Positions 1-9,108 of a DNA stretch of 64,000 bases are shown here, piece by piece. Within the stretch, counting starts at the first letter, position 1. Every line of letters starts with the position of its first letter. Both the position numbers and the translations under genes were made by a program. Below the pieces are notes generated by a model that saw only the letters and a list, made by a program, of their open reading frames with translations, was not told the origin of the DNA and did no database searches. Origin of the DNA: an uncultured Acidobacteriota bacterium (GTDB taxonomy: Bacteria; Acidobacteriota; Vicinamibacteria; Vicinamibacterales; UBA2999); contig CAWIWS010000008.1 of NCBI GenBank assembly GCA_963839865.1, positions 60,301-124,300 on the forward strand, in the 5' to 3' direction.

Positions 1-1158
1 ACGTCGGTGCAGTTCCAGGATCGCCACATGTTTCAACTCGAAATCCTGCCCCTGTGGGTTTATGGGGTCGCCGCCGCCGCGCTCTGGGGCGCCCGGCGCC
101 GGGGCGCCGCACTCCGCGTTCCGGCGGTGTGGCGTCGGGCCGCCGTGGCCGCCGCTCTCCTGGCCGCCGTCGTCGTCGTCCCCGTCGCGGCCGCGCGCCG
201 TTACCAGCAGGGCGCGGCCGCATCGTTGTTTTCGAGCTACGAGTACGCGGAGGCCGAACCGGTGACGATAGTCGCGGGGCCCTCGGCCGATCCGTCCCGC
301 GTGATGCTGGCCACCACCTGGCAGTCGGCCGCGCACGCGCGCCGCTTCGTCGATAGCGACGTGCTCGTCCTCGATTTCGGCGGCGAGCGCTGCGACGCCG
401 ACGCCGTCTCGGTGACCTATCGCTACCATGCGGTGCCGCCCTATTCCGACCTCACGCGACAGGCCGTGGTCCCGGTGCCGGCCTCGGGCGATGCGCCGAC
501 CCGCGTGTTCTTCCCGGTCTACTCGCTCGGCGAGCGCATGGGCGTAGACGCGCTGTCCTTCACCGGCGTCGAGTTGTTGCCGGCGCAGGCGCCGTGCCTG
601 CTTGGCGTGCGCCGGTTCACGCGGCCGGAGAGCTTCCCCCTCTTGATGGAAGCCGTTCTTGTCCCCGGGTGGCGGCAGGTGCCCCTGCGCGAATCCTTGC
701 AGAATCTCGAGGCGCCCGACACGGCTCGGCCGGCCGGCATCTACGGCATTCCCGAAGGCCTGGCGCCCCTGCGCAGCGAACTGCCGAACCTTCAGCCGGT
801 CGCGGCGCCTCCCGCCTATCGTTCGCAGCTGGTTTCGGGCGCGGTGGGGCGGCTCCAGTTCAGCGGCACCCCCGAGACGCCGGCGGCGTATCTCGTGAAC
901 TGGGCGCCCGAGTGGCACGCCGCGGGCAGCCGCCTCTTCGTCGAAGGCGAGGTTGCCGAAGGTGGTCTCACCGTGGGGCTGCAACGGGACGACCGCTGGG
1001 TCCATCAATTGAACATCGACCGCTCCGGCCCCTTCCGCGCCACCGTGCGCGTGGACGCCGACGGACCGTACGCCGTGATCCTCGCCAACCACCTCACGCG
1101 AAGCCGGCACCAGCGCTCGTCGATCACGCAATACGGCTGGCTGCCGCCGAACCCATGA
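1..1158 (+). CDS. 3' part (5'-truncated by window edge) of large membrane/periplasmic protein, family copy P0
   Basis: The frame is open from nt 1. The first residues, SVQFQDRHMFQLEILPLWVYG, match the family signature GYPAIQFQERHFFHLEFMGWW of the other four copies. These are followed by a TM helix, the conserved Cys pair (ERCD ... APCLLGVRRF) and a C-terminal G-E-V-x-x-GG-L-T-V-G ... W ... V-I-L-A-N module. Stop TGA 1156-1158. Confidence 0.75.
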   Translation, partial: TSVQFQDRHMFQLEILPLWVYGVAAAALWGARRRGAALRVPAVWRRAAVAAALLAAVVVVPVAAARRYQQGAAASLFSSYEYAEAEPVTIVAGPSADPSRVMLATTWQSAAHARRFVDSDVLVLDFGGERCDADAVSVTYRYHAVPPYSDLTRQAVVPVPASGDAPTRVFFPVYSLGERMGVDALSFTGVELLPAQAPCLLGVRRFTRPESFPLLMEAVLVPGWRQVPLRESLQNLEAPDTARPAGIYGIPEGLAPLRSELPNLQPVAAPPAYRSQLVSGAVGRLQFSGTPETPAAYLVNWAPEWHAAGSRLFVEGEVAEGGLTVGLQRDDRWVHQLNIDRSGPFRATVRVDADGPYAVILANHLTRSRHQRSSITQYGWLPPNP

Positions 1159-2315
1159 CCCCTCCCGAACCCCATCGTGCTTCGGTGCCGTTCAACCGGC
1201 CGACCCGGACCGACCGCGATTTCGAGTACATCAGTGCGGCGCTCGCGTCCGGCAAACTGTCGGGCGATGGGCCGTATACCCGCCGCTGCCAGGACCTTCT
1301 GCAGGCCGTCCTCGGCGTGCCGCGCGCGCTGCTGACCACGTCCTGCACGGACGCGCTCGAGATGGCGGCACTCCTGTCCGGGGTCGGACCGGGCGATGAA
1401 GTCATCGTGCCGACCTACACCTTTGTCTCGAGCGTGAACGCGTTCGTGCTCAGGGGCGCCCGGCCCGTGTTTGCCGACATCCGCGCGGACACGCTGGGCC
1501 TCGACGAGCGCGCGCTCGACCATCTGATCACCCCGCGCACCAAAGTGATCGTCGTCGTCCACTACGCCGGCGTGCCCTGCGACATGGCGGCCATCACTGC
1601 GGCGGCGCGCCGCGCGGGCGCGATCGTCGTCGAGGACAACGCGCACGGCCTGTTCGGCCGGTGGCAGGGACGGCTGCTCGGGACGATTGGCGAGCTCGCC
1701 ACGCTGAGTTTTCACGACACCAAGAACCTCACGTGCGGCGAGGGCGGCGCCCTGCTGGTCAACGATCCCGCGCTCATCGAGCGCGCCGAGATTGTTCGCG
1801 AGAAAGGCACTGACCGGACGAAGTTTCTGCGCGGGCAAATCGACAAGTACGGGTGGGTGGACCTGGGGTCGAGTTTCCTGCCCTCGGATCTCCTGGCGGC
1901 GATGCTGCTCGCGCAGCTCGAGGAACGCGAGGCCATCCAGGCGCGGCGGGGCCAGCTGTGGCGCCGCTACTCCGAAGCGCTCGGCGCGTGGGCGGCGTCG
2001 GCCGGCGTCGAGTTGCCCGGGAATCCTGTCGACTGCGAGCCCAGCTTTCACATGTTCAACGTCATTGTGCCCAGCATCGCGTTTCGGGACGCGCTGTTCG
2101 CGCACCTCAAGAGGCAGGGCATCCAGGCGGTGTCCCACTACATCCCGCTGCACCTGACGCCGATGGGCGCCGCGTTCGGTGGGCGCCCCGGCCAGTGCCC
2201 GGTGGCCGAGCGGGTCAACGAACTGATCGTGCGGCTCCCGTTCTTCACCAACATGACCGACGAAGATCAGGCGCGCGTCATCGACGGCGTGACGGGCTTC
2301 CGCGGCGTTCGTTGA
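1155..2315 (+). CDS. wecE: dTDP-4-keto-6-deoxy-D-glucose 4-aminotransferase, WecE/RffA-like (PLP-dependent)
   Basis: ATG 1155 overlaps the upstream stop (ATGA). The translation is colinear with E. coli WecE as I recall it: FNRP..DFEYI..ALASGKLSGDGPYTRRCQ, TSCTDALEMAALL, VPTYTFVSSVNAFVLRGA.PVFADIR.DT, VHYAGV.CDM, SFHDTKN.TCGEGGALL.ND, REKGTDR..F.RGQ.DKY.W.D.GSS. The longer ORF-track start (594) lies inside the upstream gene and is rejected. Confidence 0.85.
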   Translation: MTPPEPHRASVPFNRPTRTDRDFEYISAALASGKLSGDGPYTRRCQDLLQAVLGVPRALLTTSCTDALEMAALLSGVGPGDEVIVPTYTFVSSVNAFVLRGARPVFADIRADTLGLDERALDHLITPRTKVIVVVHYAGVPCDMAAITAAARRAGAIVVEDNAHGLFGRWQGRLLGTIGELATLSFHDTKNLTCGEGGALLVNDPALIERAEIVREKGTDRTKFLRGQIDKYGWVDLGSSFLPSDLLAAMLLAQLEEREAIQARRGQLWRRYSEALGAWAASAGVELPGNPVDCEPSFHMFNVIVPSIAFRDALFAHLKRQGIQAVSHYIPLHLTPMGAAFGGRPGQCPVAERVNELIVRLPFFTNMTDEDQARVIDGVTGFRGVR

Positions 2316-2329
2316 GAAGGCGCACCTCC

Positions 2330-2752
2330 ATGTCCACACCGCTGCCCGAACCGGTCCTCAGGCTCATCCTCGAAGAACAGGCCCGGCAGGCGGGTCATTT
2401 CATCGAGCAGCCCGACCTCGAGGTGTACCTCGCCAAGCTCGCCGAGCGGGCGGAACTGCTCGCGGACTCGGCGGACGGGCGGTGCCGGGGCCTGGTGGCG
2501 TACTACTGCAACGATCTCGAGACACGGCAGGCGTTCATCACGCTCGTGGTCGTGGACCCCCGCGATCGCGGGACCGGACTCGGGCGCGCGCTGGTCGCAT
2601 GCGTGCTCAGCATCGCGAAGCAGCGCGGCTTCACGTCGTGCCGGCTCGAAGTGGCGCGGACCAACCAGGCCGCCGTGGACCTGTATCGCGCCCAGGGATT
2701 CCGCGTGGCCGCCGAACGCGCCCACAACTACCTCATGGAGATAGCCCTCTGA
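2330..2752 (+). CDS. GNAT-family N-acetyltransferase (candidate amino-sugar N-acetyltransferase partner of WecE)
   Basis: 140 aa. Has the acetyl-CoA motif A region, VVVDPRDRGTGLGRALV, followed by N..A..LY...GF. Sits directly downstream of the aminotransferase. Confidence 0.75.
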   Translation: MSTPLPEPVLRLILEEQARQAGHFIEQPDLEVYLAKLAERAELLADSADGRCRGLVAYYCNDLETRQAFITLVVVDPRDRGTGLGRALVACVLSIAKQRGFTSCRLEVARTNQAAVDLYRAQGFRVAAERAHNYLMEIAL

Positions 2753-3715
2753 TGTTCACGTGGCGCAAGCGCGGTCGGGTGTTCGACCCGGCCGCGATCA
2801 CGAGCGTTGAGTGGATGAACGAATTCGCGCAGGCCCCGGCCACGCTCGTCTTCGACACGTTCGTCCGCGTGTATTTTTCCTGCCGGCCCAGGGCCGATGC
2901 CAAAGGCCAGTACGTGAGCCGCGGCGCCTTCGTCGATCTCGACCGGCGCAACCTCCTTGCGCAGGTCGGCGTCTCCGCGCAGCCCATCATGGACCTCGGC
3001 GGGCTCGGCGCCTTCGACGAGTTCGGGACGTATCCGACGTCGGTCATCCGCGAGGGTGACGAGGTGCGGGCCTATTACGGCGGCTGGACGCGGTGCGCCT
3101 CGGTGCCGTTCGACGTCGCCATCGGCTACGCGATCAGCCGCGACGGTGGCGTCACGTTCGAGAAGCAGGGACGCGGGCCGGTCCTCGCCGCGAGCCTCCA
3201 CGAACCGTTCGTGATCAGCGGGCCCGAAGATCCGCCGGTTCAACGGCCGGTGGTATCTCTGGTACATCGCGGGCACCAAGTGGATCCCGAACGAGGGCCG
3301 CGCCGAACCGGTCTATAGGATCCGCATGGCAGTCTCGGACGATGGCCTCCGGTGGGAGCGGCTGAACCGGGAGATCATCCCGCCGCGGCTCGAAGACGAC
3401 GAGTGCCAGGCGAGTCCGGACGTGATCTTCGCCAACGGCAAGTACCACATGTTCTTCTGCTATCGCTACAGCCTTGGGTACCGCGGCCACGAAAAAGGCT
3501 ATCGCATCGGCTACGCGAGCTCGCCGGACCTGCTGACCTGGACGCGCGACGATGCGAAGGCGGGCATCGACGTGTCGCCCGAAGGGTGGGACGCCGAGAT
3601 GATCAGTTACCCGCACGTATTCGAGCTGGATGGCAAGACGTGGATGTTCTACCTGGGAAACCAGGTCGGGCGCCACGGCTTCGGCCTGGCCGAACTGGAA
3701 GGCGTACTGTCGTGA
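2752..3715 (+). pseudogene. Five-bladed beta-propeller, glycoside-hydrolase-like (GH32/43/130-superfamily-like) protein, copy A; frame broken (+1) near 3225
   Basis: ATG 2752 overlaps the upstream TGA. ORFs 2482-3318 (frame 1) and 3326-3715 (frame 2) join as ..EPFVISGP|KIRRFNGRWYLWYIAGTKW..RIRMAVSDDGLRWER. The joined product is colinear with the intact neighbour 3712-4668 (same FAQ.P.ALVFD.FVR.YFS.R, GLG.FDE.G, W.MWYI, DG.W.MFFCYR, YPHVF blocks). Confidence 0.7.
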
Positions 3716-4668
3716 AGTGGATCAAGCGGGGCCTGCTCTTCGAGCCGCAGCGCCATCGCCTGCCGAACGGCTGCACCGAGTTCGCGCAGTCGCCGCAGGC
3801 GCTCGTCTTCGACGATTTCGTGCGTATCTACTTCTCGACGCGGAGCCGCGACGCAGGCGGCCAGTACCTGAGCCACATCGCGTTCGTCGACGTGGACCGG
3901 GACCTGACCCGCGTCCTGCGCACGGCCACCGAGACGGTGATTCCGCTGGGCGGCCTCGGGTGTTTCGACGAGCACGGCATCTTTCCCATCAACATCGTCC
4001 GTCACGCGGGCAGGGTCTACGCCTACACGTGCGGCTGGAGCCGCCGGGTGTCGGTGCCGGTGGAAACCGCGATTGGCCTCGCGGTCAGCGACGACGAGGG
4101 CCTGACGTTCCAGCGGGTGGGCCCGGGCCCGGTGATGGCCCCGTCCCTCGAGGAGCCGTTTCTCGTGGGCGACCCCTTCGTCGTGGTGCGTGAGGGACGC
4201 TGGCACATGTGGTACATCTACGGCACCTCGTGGACCGAGGCCGGTCCCTCGGAGAAGGGGCCCGCGCGGGTCTACAAGATCGCGTACGCGAGTTCGGCCG
4301 ACGGGCTCGCCTGGCAGCGCGACGCGCGGCCGATCATCACCGACGTGCTCGGGCCCGATGAATGCCAGGCCCTGCCCACCGTCATCGAGATCGACGGGCG
4401 GTGGCACATGTATTTCTGCTACCGGCAGGCCACCGACTTCCGCTCCAACCGCGCGCGCGGCTACCGCCTTGGCCATGCCTGGTCCGACGACCTTCGCCGC
4501 TGGACGCGGGACGACGCGAGCGGGGGGCTCGACGTCTCGGCCGAGGGCTGGGACTCGGACATGCTCTGCTATCCTCATGTATTCTGGTGCGGGGACCGCG
4601 CCTGCATGCTGTACAACGGCAACGAGTTCGGCCGCGCCGGCTTCGGCGTGGCGGTCCTGGAGAGGTAG
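3712..4668 (+). CDS. Five-bladed beta-propeller, glycoside-hydrolase-like protein, copy B (intact)
   Basis: GTG 3712 overlaps the upstream stop (GTGA). 318 aa. Contains repeated W/F-x-D-D/G-L-x-W/F blade-like motifs (SDDEGLTFQR, SADGLAWQR, SDDLRRWTR). Paralog of 2752-3715. The fold assignment is by pattern recognition only. Confidence 0.6.
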   Translation: MKWIKRGLLFEPQRHRLPNGCTEFAQSPQALVFDDFVRIYFSTRSRDAGGQYLSHIAFVDVDRDLTRVLRTATETVIPLGGLGCFDEHGIFPINIVRHAGRVYAYTCGWSRRVSVPVETAIGLAVSDDEGLTFQRVGPGPVMAPSLEEPFLVGDPFVVVREGRWHMWYIYGTSWTEAGPSEKGPARVYKIAYASSADGLAWQRDARPIITDVLGPDECQALPTVIEIDGRWHMYFCYRQATDFRSNRARGYRLGHAWSDDLRRWTRDDASGGLDVSAEGWDSDMLCYPHVFWCGDRACMLYNGNEFGRAGFGVAVLER

Positions 4669-4717
4669 ATGCAGCCCGTGGGGCGGAATTACGATCAGGA
4701 ACTGCGGGACGCCGCCG

Positions 4718-5420
4718 ATGCACAAGTACGCCTACAACTTCGACTTCGACGTGATGCATCCGTTCATGCTCCGGTCGTTCGCGCCGTTCTTCCGGCCGGG
4801 CAGCCTCCTGGAGCTCGGGAGCTTCAAGGGCGACTTCACGAAGCGGCTGACCGCGCACTTCACCGACATCACCTGCGTCGAAGCCTCCGGCGCCGCCGTG
4901 GCCGAGGCGAAGGCCGCGCTCGGCGACCGCGTGACGTTCGTCCAGTCCACGTTCGAGACCGCCACGTTGAACCGCCGCTTCGACAACATCGTCCTCACGC
5001 ACGTGCTCGAGCACCTGGACGATCCGGTCGGCGTGCTGGCGCGCGTCAACCGCGAATGGCTGGCCGACGGGGGCCGGCTGTTCCTGGTGTGCCCGAACGC
5101 CAACGCCGCATCCCGGCAGATTGCCGTCCGGATGGGCATCATCAGCCATCACGCCGCCGTGACGCCGGCGGAGCGCGGAGCACGGGCACCGGATCACCTA
5201 TGCGCTGGACACGCTGGAGCGGGACGCCAGGGCGGCCGGCCTCACCGTGGTGCATCGCTCCGGGATCTTCTTCAAGGCGCTCGCCAACTTCCAATGGGAC
5301 CGCCTGCTGACCACCGACATCGTCTCGCCCGAGTACCTCGAGGGCTGCTATCAGCTGGGTCAGGTCTACCCGGACCTCTGTTCGAGCATTTTCCTGATGT
5401 GCGAAGCGGGCGGCCGCTAG
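4718..5420 (+). pseudogene. Class I SAM-dependent methyltransferase; frame broken (+1) near 5177
   Basis: Starts MHKYAYNFDFDVMHPFM. Motif I-like LLELGSFKGDFT; VLTHVLEHLDDP; GGRLFLVCPN. After AAVTPAER the sense continues in frame 0: HGHRITYALDTLERDARAAGLTVVHRSGIFFKALANFQWD...EAGGR, ending at TAG 5418-5420. Confidence 0.7.
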
Positions 5421-5433
5421 GCGGGATGCGCGT

Positions 5434-6129
5434 GTGACGCTGGGCATCATGCAGCCGTACTTCCTCCCCTACATCGGCTACTGGCAATTGCTGGCGGCCG
5501 TGGACCGGTTCGTCGTGTACGACAACATCCAGTACACGAAGAAGGGGTGGATCAACCGGAATCGCTTTCTCCGGAACGGCGCCGATGCCTTCTTCACCCT
5601 CCCACTGAAGAAGGGCTCGGATTTCCTGGACGTGGCCGACCGGGCGCTGGCCGACGATTTCGTGCCCTCGACGCTGCTCAACCCGCTGGCGAACGCCTAC
5701 CGCAAGGCGCCGTTCTTCGACGCGGTGTTCCCGGTGCTCGAGTCGATCGTCACCGCCGCGCCGCGCAACCTGTTCGAGTACCTGCACCACAGCCTGGTGG
5801 TCACCGCGGCCTATCTCGAGATCCCGACGCCGATCGTCGTCTCGTCCACCGTGGCGATCGATCCCGCGCTGAAGTCGGAGCAGAAGGTGATCGCGCTCTG
5901 CCAGGCGCTCGGCGCCGACCGGTACATCAATTTCATCGGCGGGCGCGAGCTGTATTCGCCGGCGGCATTCGCCGCCGCCGGAATCGAGCTGAAGTTCATC
6001 CGGTCGCGGCCCATCGAGTACGCGCAGTTCGGCCAGCCGTTCGTGCCGGCGCTGTCGATCCTGGACGTCATGATGTTCAATTCCAGGGACGCCATCCGGC
6101 GCATGCTCGGCGAGTACGACCTGGTGTGA
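5434..6129 (+). CDS. WbqC-like family protein (function unknown, O-antigen-cluster associated), copy 1
   Basis: N-terminus IMQPYFLPYIGYWQLL...VVYDNIQYTKKGWINRNRF is the characteristic WbqC-family signature. 231 aa. Confidence 0.8.
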   Translation: MTLGIMQPYFLPYIGYWQLLAAVDRFVVYDNIQYTKKGWINRNRFLRNGADAFFTLPLKKGSDFLDVADRALADDFVPSTLLNPLANAYRKAPFFDAVFPVLESIVTAAPRNLFEYLHHSLVVTAAYLEIPTPIVVSSTVAIDPALKSEQKVIALCQALGADRYINFIGGRELYSPAAFAAAGIELKFIRSRPIEYAQFGQPFVPALSILDVMMFNSRDAIRRMLGEYDLV

Positions 6130-6205
6130 TGGTGAGTCCCGGCGGCCCCGAAGGGGTGCCCTACGTTCGCGTGCCCGGCGTGTTGCGCCCAGAGGTATTC
6201 CACCC

Positions 6206-7339
6206 GTGATTGAGCCGTTCGACGAACCCATCTACGTGACCCGGCCGCTTCTGCCGCCGCTCGACGCGCTCCACGCGCGCCTCGCGGAGGTGTGGGAGGC
6301 GCGGTGGCTGACCAACGACGGGCCGCAGCACGTGCGGCTCACGCAGGCCATCGGCGCCTACCTCGGCGTGCCGAACGTCTCGCTCTTCAACAACGGCACG
6401 ATCGCGCTGCTGGCCGCCGTGCGGGCCCTCGGGATGCGCGGCGAGGTGATCACGACGCCGTTCACGTTCCCGGCCACGCCGCACGCCATCAGCTGGAGCG
6501 GCGCGACGCCGGTCTTCTGCGACATCGACCCGGTGACGATGACGCTCGATCCGGCGAAGGTCGAGGAGCTCATCACCCCCCGGACCACGGGCATCCTGGC
6601 CGTGCACGTCTACGGCATGCCGTGCGACGTCCACGGGCTGCAGGCCATCGCCAACCGCCGCGGCCTCAAGATCGTGTACGACGCGGCGCATGCCTTCGGG
6701 ACCAAAGTGGACGGCGTCGGCATCGGCAACTTCGGCGACGCGTCGATGTTCAGCTTCCACGCCACCAAGCTCTTTCACACCGCCGAAGGCGGCGCGCTCA
6801 CAGCGCCCAAGGCTGATAGCAAGGCCGCCTTCGATCACCTGAAGAACTTCGGCATTCTCAACCAGGAGGAGGTCGACGTCGTGGGCATCAACGGCAAGAT
6901 GAACGAGCTGCAGGCGGCGCTCGGCCTGGCCGTCCTGGACTGCGTGGCCGAGGAGGTCACGCGCCGGCAGGCCATCATCGCGCGCTACCGGGAACGGCTC
7001 GCCGGCGTCCCGGGCATCGCCCTGATGCCCGCGCCGGCCGGCGTCGAGAGCAGCTGCCAGTACTTCGTCATCCGCATCGATGCGGCCGGGTTCGGCGCGT
7101 CGCGCGACGTGGTGTTCGACACCCTCAAGGGCTACAACGTGTTCGCGCGGAAGTACTTCTTCCCGCTCTGCACCGACTACGCCTGCTACAGCGACTTGCC
7201 GTCGGCCGCGCCCGGCCGCCTGCCCGTCGCGTCGTCCATCGTCAAGCAGGTGCTGTGCCTGCCGCTGTATGGCACGTTACCGCTCACCGCGGTCGACACG
7301 ATCTGCGATATCGTTCGGGGCGTCCAGGCACGCGCATGA
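6206..7339 (+). CDS. DegT/DnrJ/EryC1/StrS-family PLP-dependent sugar aminotransferase
   Basis: 377 aa. Motifs: NGT.AL, TTPFTF.AT..AI.W.GA.PVF.DID, VHVYG..CD, DAAHAFG, and SFHATK (the PLP-binding lysine motif). Confidence 0.85.
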   Translation: MIEPFDEPIYVTRPLLPPLDALHARLAEVWEARWLTNDGPQHVRLTQAIGAYLGVPNVSLFNNGTIALLAAVRALGMRGEVITTPFTFPATPHAISWSGATPVFCDIDPVTMTLDPAKVEELITPRTTGILAVHVYGMPCDVHGLQAIANRRGLKIVYDAAHAFGTKVDGVGIGNFGDASMFSFHATKLFHTAEGGALTAPKADSKAAFDHLKNFGILNQEEVDVVGINGKMNELQAALGLAVLDCVAEEVTRRQAIIARYRERLAGVPGIALMPAPAGVESSCQYFVIRIDAAGFGASRDVVFDTLKGYNVFARKYFFPLCTDYACYSDLPSAAPGRLPVASSIVKQVLCLPLYGTLPLTAVDTICDIVRGVQARA

Positions 7340-8266
7340 CGGCCCCCAAGATCATCTCGTTCGTGATTCCGGTCTACCGCAACGAGCGCGCGGTCACGCT
7401 GACCTACGAGAAGATTCGCGGCGCCCTGGCACAGGACCTCACCGCCTACGACTACGAGTTCGTGTTCGTGGACGATGGATCCGACGATGGGTCGCTGGCG
7501 GAGCTGCTGCGGATCCGCGAGAGGGATCCCGAAGGTTCGGGTGATCTCGTTCACGCGCAACTTCGGCCAGATGGCGGCCATCCTGGCCGGGTTGAAGGGC
7601 GCCACCGGCGACCTCATCCTGCACCTGTCGGCCGATCTGCAGGATCCGGTGGAACTCATCCCGCGGATGGTCCGGGATTTCGAGGCCGGGTCGGAACTGG
7701 TGATTGGCCACAGGGCCGAGCGGGAGGACAAGTGGACCTCCCGGCTTACGTCGCGGATCTTCTACCGCATCGTGCGCATGTCGTTTCCGCAGATGCCCGC
7801 CGGCGGGTTCGACTACGTGCTGATGGCGCGGCGAGTCGTGGATTCGTTCAACAGCATCGAGGTCCGCAACCGCTTCTTCCAGGGGGACCTGCTCTGGATG
7901 GGCTACAAGACGACGTTCATCCCGTACACGCGGGCGAAGCGGACGATCGGCAGGTCGCAGTACACGTTTGCGAAGCGACTCAAGAACTCGCTCGACGCCA
8001 TCCTGGACTCTTCCTACCTGCCGATCCGGTTCATCAGCGTGGCCGGCGCGGTCACGGCGTTCACCGGGTTCCTGTACGCCGTGAACATCGCCTACACCTA
8101 TTTCAGGCACGGCACGCCATTCACGGGCTGGGCGCCGATCATGATCCTGCTCCTCGGCATCGGCGGCGTGCTGATGCTGATGCTCGGCATCATCGGCGAG
8201 TACGTCTGGCGCATCTACGACGAAGTGAAGAAGAAGCCGAACTACATCGTGCGAGAGACGTACTAG
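7336..8266 (+). pseudogene. GT2 polyprenol-phosphate glycosyltransferase-like (GtrB/ArnC/DPM1 type, two C-terminal TM helices); frame broken (+1) near 7525
   Basis: ATG 7336 overlaps the upstream stop. ISFVIPVYRNE...FVFVDDGSDDGS..LLRIRERDP| continues in frame 2 as KVRVISFTRNFGQ..A...G...A.GD....SADLQDP. The C-terminus has two hydrophobic helices and ends in IGEYVWRIYDEVKKKPNY, as is typical of this subfamily. Confidence 0.75.
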
Positions 8267-9108
8267 TGGCGGCCGACGCCCCTTACACGGAGATCGACGG
8301 CATCCGGTGCTACGCGCCGTCCGTCGCCCTGTCCTACACCGACTACCCCAGCGGGGGATTCGACGTCACGGCGGACGTGGAAGCGAGGAGCTTCTGGTGC
8401 CGCACGCGCAACCGGGTGCTGACGCGCGTGTTCCGCCGGTTCACCGATCGCTCCCGGCCGCTCGACGTGCTCGAGATTGGCTGCGGCATCGGGGGCGTCA
8501 TCGGCGCGTTGCGGCAGGTCGGCAACTTGCGCCTCACCGGCTCGGAGATCTACATCCAGGGCCTCAAGTACGCGCGCAAGAAGATGCCGGACGTGGACTT
8601 CATCCAGCTCGATGCCACCGACATCCCGTTCCGCGACGCCTTCGACGTGGTGGGCGCGTTCGACGTGCTGGAGCATATCGACCACGACGAGCTGGTGATG
8701 GGGCAGGTGCGGGACGCCCTCCGTCCCAACGGCCTGTTCGTGGTGACGGTGCCGCAGTATCAATGGATGTGGAGCACGCTCGACGAGCTCGTGCACCACA
8801 AGCGGCGCTACAGCCGCGCCGAGATGACGGGGAAGCTGCAGCGCGCCGGCTTCGAGGTGATCTACGCGACCTCGTTCGTGACGACGCTCTTCCCGTTCAT
8901 GTGGCTATCGCGCCTGCGCGACCGCGGCAAGGCGCCCTCGGCCGACGCCACGGCGGATTTCTCGGATCGCGTCAGCCTGCCGGGGCCAATCAACCTGATC
9001 TTCGACTGGATCATGCGCATTGACGAGGCCGCCCTGGCGCTAGGCGCCACGTTGCCCTTCGGCGGCTCCCTCCTGGTCGTCGCCCGGCGCATTCCTTCCC
9101 ATACGTGA
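8266..9108 (+). CDS. Class I SAM-dependent methyltransferase
   Basis: GTG 8266 overlaps TAG 8264-8266. Motif I VLEIGCGIGG; DVVGAFDVLEHI; LRPNGLFVVTVPQ; HKRRY. Confidence 0.75.
   Translation: MAADAPYTEIDGIRCYAPSVALSYTDYPSGGFDVTADVEARSFWCRTRNRVLTRVFRRFTDRSRPLDVLEIGCGIGGVIGALRQVGNLRLTGSEIYIQGLKYARKKMPDVDFIQLDATDIPFRDAFDVVGAFDVLEHIDHDELVMGQVRDALRPNGLFVVTVPQYQWMWSTLDELVHHKRRYSRAEMTGKLQRAGFEVIYATSFVTTLFPFMWLSRLRDRGKAPSADATADFSDRVSLPGPINLIFDWIMRIDEAALALGATLPFGGSLLVVARRIPSHT

Noticed and set aside
594-1154. N-terminal extension of ORF 594-2315 (573 aa) upstream of the WecE-like domain
   Set aside because: The extension is Arg/Pro/Ala-rich nonsense overlapping the well-supported P0 gene in another frame. 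The WecE homology begins at ATG 1155, which forms an ATGA overlap with the P0 stop.
6141-6160. Possible hairpin (ggcccc-gaa-ggggtgcc) in the WbqC/DegT intergenic gap as a terminator or attenuator
   Set aside because: The stem is only 4 bp plus a bulged 2 bp, and there is no U-tract. It is too weak to call.
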